Source: Candidatus Thorarchaeota archaeon
Lineage (GTDB): Archaea; Asgardarchaeota; Thorarchaeia; Thorarchaeales; Thorarchaeaceae
Length of the DNA: 64,000 nt
NCBI GenBank assembly: GCA_029855935.1
Contig: JAGSHN010000016.1
Coordinates: forward strand, 160,001 to 224,000
Direction of reading: 5' to 3'
The notes beneath the pieces were generated by a model. It did not search any database. It had not been told where the DNA came from and saw only the letters and a list, made by a program, of their open reading frames with translations. Made by a program: the position numbers and the translations under genes. Shown here in pieces: positions 18,366-27,431 of this stretch (within the stretch, counting starts at the first letter, position 1; every line of letters starts with the position of its first letter).

Positions 18366-19646
18366 CTAGTTGGTCCGACGCAGGACCCTGACGCACTCGC
18401 GCAGGAAGACATCTGCAAGATGGTCCCACGAGTACCCCCTCTCGACAATTGCCCGTGCCTCTGCTCCAAGCCGCGAGCGGAGTTCGTCATCCCTGCACAG
18501 CCGGATGACCGCCTCGCAGAGCGCGTTGCCATCGCCCGGCGGGACAAGGATGCCTCCTCCACTGCTCAGCACCTCAGCAGTACCCGACACCGACGTCGCC
18601 ACGATGGCCGTTCCCGCTGCCATATACTCGAACAGCTTCAGGGGTGAGGCCGCGTGAGCCACGGGGCTGTCCGGGAAGAGGCATAGTGCCACATCTGCTG
18701 CTGCTGTGAACTTTGGCATCTCTTCGTGAGGGTGCAGCCCGGCGTGGATCAGCATATGTCCGAGATTGCTGCTGACGAGTCTGTCAAACAACTCAACGAT
18801 TGACTCCCCGGAGCCCACGAGTAGGATCCTCGAGTCGGGGTACTCCCTGTCAAGTCGCGCAGCGAGGTCGTACATCAGTGAGACGCCCGCCCACTCCTCA
18901 AGGTGTCCCGAGAAGAGGATGACTCGCAGGCCCTCCAGATGATACCGGCGCCTCACGGTACTTGTGTCGACATCTGGTGAGAACTCGTGCGGGTCGACCC
19001 CGTTCGGGATGACGACGATCTTGTCTGTGGGGACTCCTGCGTGGATGAGGAGCCGTCTGAGATAGTGCGTAACTGTGAAGACCCGGTCTGACCACTTGTA
19101 CAGCTGCGTCTCCAGAACGTGAAGCAGCATCGGCCCGAGGCTGTGCATCGAGGTGCCGAGCAGGCCTGCTGCGTAGGCGCTCATCCAATCAGGACAGCCC
19201 ATGAACAGCCTGCGAAGTGTGAGGCGCGCCGACAGGAGTGCGACAACTCCCAGCAGCGGTGTGGCATGAGCAGAGATGATGAGGTCGGAGTTGTGGCGCA
19301 GAATCGGTCGGATGGAGTACGCGGTGAACAACAGAATGGTGATGAGGAGGGCGATGATGCGACTGCGTTTCCAGAGTCCCTCGAGCCGTCGTCCGACCAG
19401 AAGATAGTGCGCGGTGATGTTGGGATGGACCTGTGGCGGGGGTCTCGACCAGTGCTTCTTGTACTCCCAGTCATCAGGACGCCCGCCGAGAAGATAGCGC
19501 AGTGGCTGTGTGGCAATGAACTGTACTCTGACGTCACGAGCGGCAGCCCGCTTTGCGAGCTCGAAGACCGACCGGTCGGATCCGAGGTACGGTGGGAAAT
19601 GCTCGACGAACACGGTCACCCTTCGAACGCCAGTACTACGGGCCAA
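18366..19646 (-). CDS. Glycosyltransferase family 4
   Basis: EHFPPYLG, IPNGVD, SPLKLFEYMAAG. Confidence 0.9.
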   Translation of the reverse strand: MARSTGVRRVTVFVEHFPPYLGSDRSVFELAKRAAARDVRVQFIATQPLRYLLGGRPDDWEYKKHWSRPPPQVHPNITAHYLLVGRRLEGLWKRSRIIALLITILLFTAYSIRPILRHNSDLIISAHATPLLGVVALLSARLTLRRLFMGCPDWMSAYAAGLLGTSMHSLGPMLLHVLETQLYKWSDRVFTVTHYLRRLLIHAGVPTDKIVVIPNGVDPHEFSPDVDTSTVRRRYHLEGLRVILFSGHLEEWAGVSLMYDLAARLDREYPDSRILLVGSGESIVELFDRLVSSNLGHMLIHAGLHPHEEMPKFTAAADVALCLFPDSPVAHAASPLKLFEYMAAGTAIVATSVSGTAEVLSSGGGILVPPGDGNALCEAVIRLCRDDELRSRLGAEARAIVERGYSWDHLADVFLRECVRVLRRTN

Positions 19647-19794
19647 TATCCTCGCCTCTCACAACCCGCCGCCCGCCAGTCTGTGGCGTTGTCGCGGTGG
19701 TGTCTCTGCGGGCAACGAGAGCAGCTCTGCGACTCAGTGCCGTCTTCCACATATATCTTGCGAGTCCAGAGGGAATGGCTGCGACCGTTGTCGC

Positions 19795-21867
19795 TCACGA
19801 CTCGTCCTCTCGTCCAGACCCTGCTCTCATCTCCTGCTCGCGCCTGAGGCCTGCGTATGCGATGATGGAGAGGCCCAGCAGCGCAGGCACCGTCACCGCA
19901 CTGACGGGATACAGGGGTCCCACATAGGTGGTGTACAGGTAGTCGACGAGGTACTCAGACCGAACGCATCTCTGTGGGTAGACGATTATCTCAAGCCTGT
20001 GAATGACACCGTGAGACGGAGCGGATGAGTTGCTGACGAAAGCGTACCTCCAGACAACGTAGGACAGGTTCGTGAACATCGCGCTTCGAGAGATGATGTC
20101 GCCACCAATCGGGGAGCCGTCATCTGACGTCCCGGAGTATCTCAGGATGATGTGCGCGAGGGCGCCAAAGGTCGGGTCCCAGGCTGCGCCAATCCTTGCC
20201 ACGAACTCCGTCGTGCTGTCAATCTCTATCTCTACGGGTCGAGAGTAGATGATGCTGACATTGGCGAGCAGGGAGGGATCTGTCACCCTGCTCGTGTCGA
20301 ACTCAAGATGCGCTATCCCGTCAGTGGAACTGATCGATGCATCGACCGTGGAGGGCGGTAGCGAACTGGCGTTGACCATGACCGACCACTCGTCAATAGA
20401 GTCGAGGTCGTCGCCCCAGGTCCTCTGTTCCTGATAACCGAGAGCGCCGAAGTCCGTGTGGGTGTACGCCGGATAGAGCATCAGCAGACAGATTACGACT
20501 GTGAGACCGAGCGTCCTCTTCCTCACGAGCAGGAAGAGCGGAAGCGACCACATCAGATACCAGCCGAGAAAGACATCACGAGACATAGAGAACAGCAGCA
20601 GCACCGTGGCCGACATCATCAACAGTAGCGTCACCTGGTCGACACGGACATGCTCTCTGTGTATGATTCGCCTCAGTGAGGAGCGCATCATCAGGCTGGC
20701 GACGATGACCGTCACCACCCCGCGTACGAGGCCCACATCAGCGGGATGACGCCACCAGACGGTGGCCGCGACGGAGGTCAGAGGATGTATGCTGGAGATC
20801 AGACCCATCGTGACCAGTACCCCACCGAGGAACAGCGTCGTCCAGTCGAACCTTGAGCCGTGAAGACGTCCCGAGGGCCGTAGCAGCGAGTCTGCAACGA
20901 CTATGATCCCAAAGACCCATCCCAGTGCGATGAGCAGCGTCACGGGAGTGATGTGTGCCAGCAGGTCGGAGAGGAGGCGAGAGAGTAGAGAGGGTTGGGC
21001 CATGCTGGATGCGGCTCCTGTGGCGGCCGAGCCAGTGTCTGTTGAGGGTAGGAGCATCAGTGGCAGATAGGCGGCGACAGCAGCCGCAAGGGCTGTGGCA
21101 GCGAACTTCAGTCTGGCTCGATTCTCGGCAAGGTAGAATAGCATCATAGGGGCGATGAGAGCAGGGTAGACCTTCGTGGCAGCGCCAAGCCCGATGAGGA
21201 GTCCGGCCCTCACTGGCCGCTGCTTGAGGAGGTACCACACGGCGAGAAGCATCAGCAGGTTGACCAGCGGCTCGAAGTGTCCACTCCAGCCCGACTCGAT
21301 GATAGAGATCGGAAGGAGCGCATAGGCCACCACCGCAATGGATGCCCATCTGCGGTCGAATCGCTGCGATGCGATGGCCCAGAGCAGGACAGCAACTCCT
21401 GCATCACAGGCGATGGCGAGGAGGCGGAGGCTATCGACAGCGGGTGCGACCCCATATATCGCGAAGATGACGTAGGCGAACAGAGGTGGATATGGAAAGT
21501 AGAAGCCAGAGTAGGGGGTCAGTCCTCTGCTCATGAAGACCCCGTAGTCGAGATACCACTTTGCATCATTGGAGATCATATTGGTCTGTCCGAGGAAGAC
21601 GAGCCTGACGGCTACGAGCAGCACGAGGACCAGACCGAGAGAGCGATGGTCGTGCAAGAGCGGCCTCTGGGTGATCCGGTCCCACCAGAGAAGCAGGGTC
21701 AGAAGTGCCACATAGGCGGCGGTCCACACATAGTACGCGGCGAAGAACGGGTACATGATGTAGCCAACCATCCGGACGATGGGGACAAAGACGATGTTGG
21801 CCACCAGTGCTAAGACGAGGAGGAGACGACACACCGACTCGCAGTCCCTGTCGAACAGTCGTATCAT
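19795..21867 (-). CDS. GT-C glycosyltransferase (GT87/DUF2029, PIG-M-like) with extracellular C-terminal domain
   Basis: ND..WY...PY..FYFPYPPL, W.GHFE, GAATKVYP, WYLMWSLP; many TMs, a soluble domain and a terminal TM. Confidence 0.75.
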   Translation of the reverse strand: MIRLFDRDCESVCRLLLVLALVANIVFVPIVRMVGYIMYPFFAAYYVWTAAYVALLTLLLWWDRITQRPLLHDHRSLGLVLVLLVAVRLVFLGQTNMISNDAKWYLDYGVFMSRGLTPYSGFYFPYPPLFAYVIFAIYGVAPAVDSLRLLAIACDAGVAVLLWAIASQRFDRRWASIAVVAYALLPISIIESGWSGHFEPLVNLLMLLAVWYLLKQRPVRAGLLIGLGAATKVYPALIAPMMLFYLAENRARLKFAATALAAAVAAYLPLMLLPSTDTGSAATGAASSMAQPSLLSRLLSDLLAHITPVTLLIALGWVFGIIVVADSLLRPSGRLHGSRFDWTTLFLGGVLVTMGLISSIHPLTSVAATVWWRHPADVGLVRGVVTVIVASLMMRSSLRRIIHREHVRVDQVTLLLMMSATVLLLFSMSRDVFLGWYLMWSLPLFLLVRKRTLGLTVVICLLMLYPAYTHTDFGALGYQEQRTWGDDLDSIDEWSVMVNASSLPPSTVDASISSTDGIAHLEFDTSRVTDPSLLANVSIIYSRPVEIEIDSTTEFVARIGAAWDPTFGALAHIILRYSGTSDDGSPIGGDIISRSAMFTNLSYVVWRYAFVSNSSAPSHGVIHRLEIIVYPQRCVRSEYLVDYLYTTYVGPLYPVSAVTVPALLGLSIIAYAGLRREQEMRAGSGREDES

Positions 21868-21881
21868 CAGGTATCCTCTCC

Positions 21882-22571
21882 TCAGCGACGCCGGCGGAAC
21901 AGCAGCTTGACGACCAGAAGCAGAAAGCTGAAGATCGTTGTTCCGCCCAGCTTGCTCTCTCCATACCTCCTGTCTGTGAAGACTATCGGCACCTCGGCGA
22001 CTCGCAGATGCCGGTTCTGGGCCACGACCTCAAGGAGGAACTTGTAGTTGGCGTGCCTCACGTTGTCGAGCAGGAGTCGTGCCGACCTGAAGGCGACGAA
22101 CCCGCTCATCGGATCTCGCAATGGCACCTGTAACAGGAGTCTCGCCAACACTGTTGCAAACCTGCTCACGGCCAGTCTGCTACCGGGCCAGCCCCGTACT
22201 TCGCCACCGGGGACGTATCTCGACCCAACCACAACGTCGTATCCTCTGTCCAGAAGACTCAGCATCGCGGGGATGAACCTGGGGTCGTGAGACAGGTCGG
22301 CGTCCATCACGACCACTGCTCCATCCCTCACCTGCTCGGCCCCAAGCCTGACCGCGCTGCTCAGCCCACGCTGACCGTGTCGCACTATCAGCCTCGTGCC
22401 AGGGAACCTCTCAGCGAGCTGGCGTACGACCCGTTGCGTCTTGTCAGTGCTGTCGTCATCGACAACGATCACCTGCACCCCGTCCGTGCCGAGGACTGAG
22501 TAGATTCTACGAATCAGGGGACCGATGTTCTGCTCCTCGTTGAGCGTCGGGATAATGACTGAGCATCTCAT
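21882..22571 (-). CDS. Dolichol/polyprenol-phosphate mannosyltransferase (GT2, DPM1-like)
   Basis: IIPTLNE..NI, VDDDSTD.T, MDADLSH.P, GSRY..GG, DPMSGF, EVPI.F.DR..GESKL. Confidence 0.88.
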   Translation of the reverse strand: MRCSVIIPTLNEEQNIGPLIRRIYSVLGTDGVQVIVVDDDSTDKTQRVVRQLAERFPGTRLIVRHGQRGLSSAVRLGAEQVRDGAVVVMDADLSHDPRFIPAMLSLLDRGYDVVVGSRYVPGGEVRGWPGSRLAVSRFATVLARLLLQVPLRDPMSGFVAFRSARLLLDNVRHANYKFLLEVVAQNRHLRVAEVPIVFTDRRYGESKLGGTTIFSFLLLVVKLLFRRRR

Positions 22572-22660
22572 CCTACGGCACCGGACACAATTCTTCACAT
22601 CATCTCACACGGTCTAATGAATCTGGCTGGTTGTGTGGCGCCTCCGTCAGGTCACAGGTG

Positions 22661-23524
22661 TCAGGCCTCACCCGCGCGTCTCAGGGCCTCCTCAGCAAGC
22701 CTCAGGCCCTTGCCATCATTGACTGGGAACCACGTCTCAGTAGGAATGCTGACCGCGAAGAGGCGTCCCTCTCGGGCGAGCACTGGAGCGACGACGTTCT
22801 CAAACGACGACTCGACCTCGAGGCTCACCAGCCTTCTGAAATAGTCGTACGCCTGCGGGTCGAACACAGTTATGCCAGTGTGCGCGGGGACGGCAATCAT
22901 AGGGTACTTCGTGACATCAACGACACGCCCCCTGTCTATGACCAGTCCTGAGTACGGATAGGGGGTGCCGGGGACAACGACGAATGTCCCTATGCAGCCG
23001 TTCTTAAGTCCGCGAGCGTGGCCCTCAAGGAAGACCTCGCCGTACGGTCTATCAAGGCCGATGATTATATCGTCTGGGTTGTGGACGATGGAGGTCAGTC
23101 TGTCATCCAGTGTGCCGTTGTTCAGGGCATTGAGAATGGCACCTGCATTGCCCACCTTCCGTCCCTCTGGGTCACAGGAGTAGCGAATCTCCACGCCCCA
23201 GCGCGAGCCATCACCAAGATGCTCCTCCACTCTCTCCGCGAGGAACCCGGTGAGCACCACAAACTTGTCTATTCCAATCTCGGAGTACTGACGAACGACA
23301 CGCTCAATCATGCTCTCCCCTCCCACGGGGATCATCACCTTGTTGATGCCGAGATTCTGCGTCTCGGCCCGAATCCGCTCTCCCTTTCCCCCAGCTGGGA
23401 GCACCACAACGGTCTCGGCCTTCAGTCTCTCGACCTCTTCCGGCGAGACCTGAGTCTCAGTGTCCTCGGTATGGACTCGGGAACGTATCTCCTCCATTAT
23501 GGACTCCAGCGTGTCGGTCATCAC
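22661..23524 (-). CDS. Sugar-phosphate nucleotidyltransferase (NTP transferase family)
   Basis: PAGGKGER...NKVMIPVGG, G.G..WGVEI.Y, G.AGA, NPDD. Confidence 0.85.
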   Translation of the reverse strand: MMTDTLESIMEEIRSRVHTEDTETQVSPEEVERLKAETVVVLPAGGKGERIRAETQNLGINKVMIPVGGESMIERVVRQYSEIGIDKFVVLTGFLAERVEEHLGDGSRWGVEIRYSCDPEGRKVGNAGAILNALNNGTLDDRLTSIVHNPDDIIIGLDRPYGEVFLEGHARGLKNGCIGTFVVVPGTPYPYSGLVIDRGRVVDVTKYPMIAVPAHTGITVFDPQAYDYFRRLVSLEVESSFENVVAPVLAREGRLFAVSIPTETWFPVNDGKGLRLAEEALRRAGEA

Positions 23525-23593
23525 TCCTCACACGTGCGAGGGACGGGACCACGCTCAAAAAGGTTCCTCAGAAGTCGTGACCCGAGGAGGATA

Positions 23594-23821
23594 TCATTCT
23601 CCTCCGGACACTCGGGCCATCTCCTCGAAGAGGGCGAGAGTCTTCTTCGCCTCCTCGGGATTCATGCTCTCGATGGCATAGCCAGTGTGGACGATGACGT
23701 ACTCCCCGGTCTTCACATCAGGCACAAGACTGATGCAGACGCGCTTCTTGACCCCTCCAAAGTCCACCTCGGCATAGTCTCCATCAATGCTGACAACAAG
23801 ACCAGGGACCGCTAGACACAT
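23594..23821 (-). CDS. hypC: Hydrogenase maturation chaperone HypC
   Basis: MCLAVPG...VDFGG...YVIVHTGYA. Confidence 0.96.
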   Translation of the reverse strand: MCLAVPGLVVSIDGDYAEVDFGGVKKRVCISLVPDVKTGEYVIVHTGYAIESMNPEEAKKTLALFEEMARVSGGE

Positions 23822-23887
23822 CGTCGTTCACCTGGAGCTACTCTCAGTCTGTTTTAGAATCTTGTGAATTGACCACGCCGCCCTCTC

Positions 23888-24997
23888 TCAGCTGACAGGT
23901 CGCCAGCAGATGCCCAGCTCGTCCGCTATCTCGAATGCTCTGCGCATCTCCTCGTTATTGACACGGCGCGCAATGTCTGAGTACGTGTCCGGCTCTCGGA
24001 GGACTCTGTGTTCGGGCCGGTACTGACCCATTATGTTGACCATACACTGTGGCATGTTCTCTGCTATCCACTCAAGAATCGGAATCGTGCAGCAGTCCAC
24101 GTGGTTTGGCATCACGAGGTGCCGGACTATCACCTCGCCCGACTCGTACGCCATCAGGTGATTGCGTGAGACCACCTCGAAGTACCTCTTGATCCCTGAG
24201 AGTTTCAACGCGCACTCATCATTGCCGTACTTGAAGTCCGGGAGCCAGACGTCGAAAACGTCCCGCAGGAGTTGCATCGTCTCGACACTGCAGTACAGGT
24301 TCGAGTTCCACAGCTGGGTGATGTTCCGGTCCTGATGGACTAGCGAGGCAAGGATCGTGTGCGTGTTCGGTATAGGGTCGCCACCGACATAGTTGATGTT
24401 CAGTGCGCCATCGCGGGCCAGCGAGTCGGCGATCTGCGCCAGCTGCCTGGGCGTCACCACTCGTCCCGAGTAAGGGTTGGTCGAGATATCCTCGTTCTGA
24501 CAGAAGACACAGCCGAAGCAGCAAGATGAGAAGAAGATCGTGCCACTGGGGACGAGCGGTGCCTCCTCGCCCGTGTGGAGGAACGCCGATGAGACACGCG
24601 ACTCCTGACCGAGCCTGCACCAGCCCTTCTCGTCGTTCGCACGGTTGGCTCCGCATCTCCGCTCGCAGAAGTGGCAGGACTGGAGGATTCGATTGGCGAG
24701 TTCGACCTTCAGGTCGAGAAAGGTGGCTCTCCCATCAACATCATCCCGCCTCCGCTCTCCGCCCTCATCCACAGACCTGACATAGTCCTGAAACTCGCTG
24801 GATAGGTTTCGATGGGCTGACCAGAGTTCCTCGGTGGAGGCGTCCAGCGAGGTGGGGCACGGGATTTCCTTTGCGAGCAGGTACCTTGCCCATCTCTCAC
24901 CGTCGATGATTCCTCTGTATCTACTGAGCCTCCGGACTGTCTCCGCATCCTGCCATACCCGGAGTGCGTCCGGACGGAGGAATCGCCACATAGTCAT
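23888..24997 (-). CDS. Radical SAM protein, PflX/PFL-activase-like
   Basis: CHFCERRC...C, GEE..L.PSGTIFF, CxxxCxxC (CCFGCVFC), GGDP, DFKYG, RHLVMP, MGQYRP. Confidence 0.88.
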   Translation of the reverse strand: MTMWRFLRPDALRVWQDAETVRRLSRYRGIIDGERWARYLLAKEIPCPTSLDASTEELWSAHRNLSSEFQDYVRSVDEGGERRRDDVDGRATFLDLKVELANRILQSCHFCERRCGANRANDEKGWCRLGQESRVSSAFLHTGEEAPLVPSGTIFFSSCCFGCVFCQNEDISTNPYSGRVVTPRQLAQIADSLARDGALNINYVGGDPIPNTHTILASLVHQDRNITQLWNSNLYCSVETMQLLRDVFDVWLPDFKYGNDECALKLSGIKRYFEVVSRNHLMAYESGEVIVRHLVMPNHVDCCTIPILEWIAENMPQCMVNIMGQYRPEHRVLREPDTYSDIARRVNNEEMRRAFEIADELGICWRPVS

Positions 24998-25103
24998 TAG
25001 TTTCGCCGGGAGTCATAAAAGGGATTTGCAGGAATTCATCAAGGGATAGGCCTGCGCAAGTGCAGCAGGCTGTTCCTACCTGTTCTCATAGGGGTCGACT
25101 ACT

Positions 25104-25796
25104 GTGGTTTCCCAGCCTAGAGCGAGCGGCCTGAGTGACATAGAGCATATTGCGTTTGAATTCATACCAATCACACAGTACTTCTCAGACCTCCAGAGTG
25201 CGAGGGGTGCTGGGCGGCTGGATCACGGCTTTCCCGATATGGACCCGCCTGTACCGTCGTTCGAAGAGCTGTATAAGCGCACAGTGGGGCTTGTACCCCA
25301 GTATCACCAGTATACAACGTACCTACTTGTGACGGAGCCAGTTGGTCGTGAGAAGGAACCCATTGGAGTACTGGCAGTCCAGAGGACGTCGCACGATGAG
25401 ATCACTAGGAAGCTGGTGGGTGTCGAGCCACCCTTCGAGGGGACTTGTCTCTACCTGAGCTGGATAGTCCTGCATAAATCTTGGCAGAGGTTGAGACTGT
25501 TCAAGCTGCTCTTCGTCTTCTACGAAACTCTCCTCAAGCGGCTTCGGGCCAAGACCGGTCAGCCAGTATATGGCGCGGCAAAGGCTGTCAGGCGTCTACG
25601 ATACCCCTTCTACCTAATCTCTGGTTCTGAGGATCGGTACGTTGAGTCCAATGACACCGAGTTCAGGTTTCGGGGTCGGCAGGTCGAGTTCTGGGGAATT
25701 CCCGGTGAGGTACTCAACCCAGAGACCTATGCGGGGATTGACTGCTACTACATCAGAATTGTCACAGAGGAGGACAGGGGGTGTTCGAAGGGCTAA
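25104..25796 (+). CDS. Hypothetical protein, possible degenerate GNAT fold
   Basis: 230-aa ORF; PIGVLAV...LYLSWIVLHKSWQRLRLFKLL resembles GNAT motif A without its glycines. Confidence 0.55.
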   Translation: MVSQPRASGLSDIEHIAFEFIPITQYFSDLQSARGAGRLDHGFPDMDPPVPSFEELYKRTVGLVPQYHQYTTYLLVTEPVGREKEPIGVLAVQRTSHDEITRKLVGVEPPFEGTCLYLSWIVLHKSWQRLRLFKLLFVFYETLLKRLRAKTGQPVYGAAKAVRRLRYPFYLISGSEDRYVESNDTEFRFRGRQVEFWGIPGEVLNPETYAGIDCYYIRIVTEEDRGCSKG

Positions 25797-25853
25797 TAAG
25801 ACTCCGCCCGCAAGATAGTATTGTGTGAGAAGTAAGTTTGAGGTGCAGGCTGA

Positions 25854-25997
25854 ATGGACCTGGGGAATCCTGTCAAAGTAGACGAGGAGGTCAAGAGAAG
25901 GATTCGGAGGAAACTGGAGGTCTGGGAGCGGGAGTTCAAGGAGAAACTCGAACAGTACAGAAGAGATGGCACCCTCGACGCGGAGGCACAGCTCTAG
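25854..25997 (+). CDS. 47-aa charged helical microprotein
   Basis: GAGGTG SD, then ATG 25854: MDLGNPVKVDEEVKRRIRRKLEVWEREFKEKLEQYRRDGTLDAEAQL*. Too short for the ORF track. Confidence 0.6.
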   Translation: MDLGNPVKVDEEVKRRIRRKLEVWEREFKEKLEQYRRDGTLDAEAQL

Positions 25998-26103
25998 AGT
26001 CTATGATACCTGCAGGAATAGTCGAAGTTTCGTTGATTGTCTGACACAATGCTCCTCTGTGAGGCACTCACGTACCTGAGTGGGCCGCGGCCCGTCCCTA
26101 CGC

Positions 26104-27051
26104 TCATATCATTCCACGGTTGCCTACGACATCGAGGATTGCGGAGGCCAGTACTGAGGCACTCCTCTGCAGCCATAGTGGCGTGAGATTGGACTCGTGA
26201 GAGAGAAGCTCTTGGTCAGCAGCCATCTCTGCCCTGACGGGCGGCTCGGTCAGAAATAGCGTCCCGTCCGGGATGGACGAGCGTGTGAAGTACCAGTCGC
26301 GGTACTGGGCCGCCATCTCACGGTTTCTCTCAACGTCATCAAACTCGTCCAGACTGCGCCAGTTGAGTGCTATCATTGCGTCGCTCTTGGGGATTGCCTC
26401 AGGCCACTCCTCAGACTCCACCACCTCGACCATATCTTGACCCGAGGCTCTCTCGGCCTCTCGCACGACTCGCCTCAGCGGCCCGAATCGCGGTGGAGCG
26501 ACGACCGAGACCCGCGCCCCGAGGGCAGGCGCCAGCATCAGCAGGCTGTGGACAGTCCCGGGTGTGTCAAATCTGTCACCGAAGGCCCACGACACCGTGA
26601 TCTTTGCATCGTTCAGCGACCCCAGTCTGTCACGGATGAGGGACAGATGCGTGAGGGCCGCTACGTCTGCATAGACTTCGTTTCGAATGACAACGCTGAG
26701 GCACGAGAGATGCTCTGCCACAGCGTTTGTTACAGTCACGCCCCCTCCGAGGGTTTCGGTGTCAACAAAGCCCACAAGCATTGCGTCTGCGGCGTTGCTG
26801 CAGATAATGGCCTCTGTGATCAAGTCGTCGAGTGACGTACGGGTCGGCTCGTCCCAACCAAGATGCACGAGATGGGCATTGAGGCGTGCAGCTGCCAGCT
26901 CAGCAGCTCGGAGGTCCCACGATCTCAGCCCGTGAGCAAGAAGACCAATCACACGAGGGGTCGGTTCGTCGAGTGACAGACTGCCCTGCTCTATCAGTAG
27001 GGTCCTCCTCAGTATACCGCGTATCCGGTCGCTATCTCTGGCCAACTCCAT
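26104..27051 (-). CDS. Transcarbamylase-fold protein (YgeW/AOTCase-like) lacking the catalytic motifs
   Basis: KITVSWAF...SLLML...GARVSVVAP, EAI..SD....NW, QYRDWYFT align with YgeW-type enzymes; STRT, HPxQ and HCLP are replaced. Start probably ATG 27051. Confidence 0.72.
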   Translation of the reverse strand: MELARDSDRIRGILRRTLLIEQGSLSLDEPTPRVIGLLAHGLRSWDLRAAELAAARLNAHLVHLGWDEPTRTSLDDLITEAIICSNAADAMLVGFVDTETLGGGVTVTNAVAEHLSCLSVVIRNEVYADVAALTHLSLIRDRLGSLNDAKITVSWAFGDRFDTPGTVHSLLMLAPALGARVSVVAPPRFGPLRRVVREAERASGQDMVEVVESEEWPEAIPKSDAMIALNWRSLDEFDDVERNREMAAQYRDWYFTRSSIPDGTLFLTEPPVRAEMAADQELLSHESNLTPLWLQRSASVLASAILDVVGNRGMI

Positions 27052-27431
27052 TGTGGTTGCGGTGGACTGAGCACAGCTGGCCTTTAGACGTTCCGTAGGG
27101 CACGCTCTGTGGCGCATCCGTCGGATGGTGGGTGTCATCGACGTCCGTGGCGTCCGCCACTGGTCAGTGGCCTCACCGAGCTGATTGACGCGCCCTTGGC
27201 GAGTAGTGACCTCTCCGATAACGAGTGGGCACTGGTTGACGAACCCGTCCGTGTCAGGCGCAGCGACATTCTCGCCAGCATAGTGGTGGAATCGCAGCAT
27301 CGGGCACAGGTATGTTCCCACGGAGCGTCTATCCTGCTGATGGCCCTGGGACAGAATCTCTCGATGGTCGCATCGGCAATGAGCAGAAATATCAGGGGAT
27401 TCCGAGCAAGGGCGGACCGAGGACTCTCAAG

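Noticed and set aside
27052-27431. Long N-terminal extensions of the transcarbamylase-like ORF and purB, or a structured RNA here
   Set aside because: The extensions are not protein-like and overlap each other; no convincing stem pattern found.
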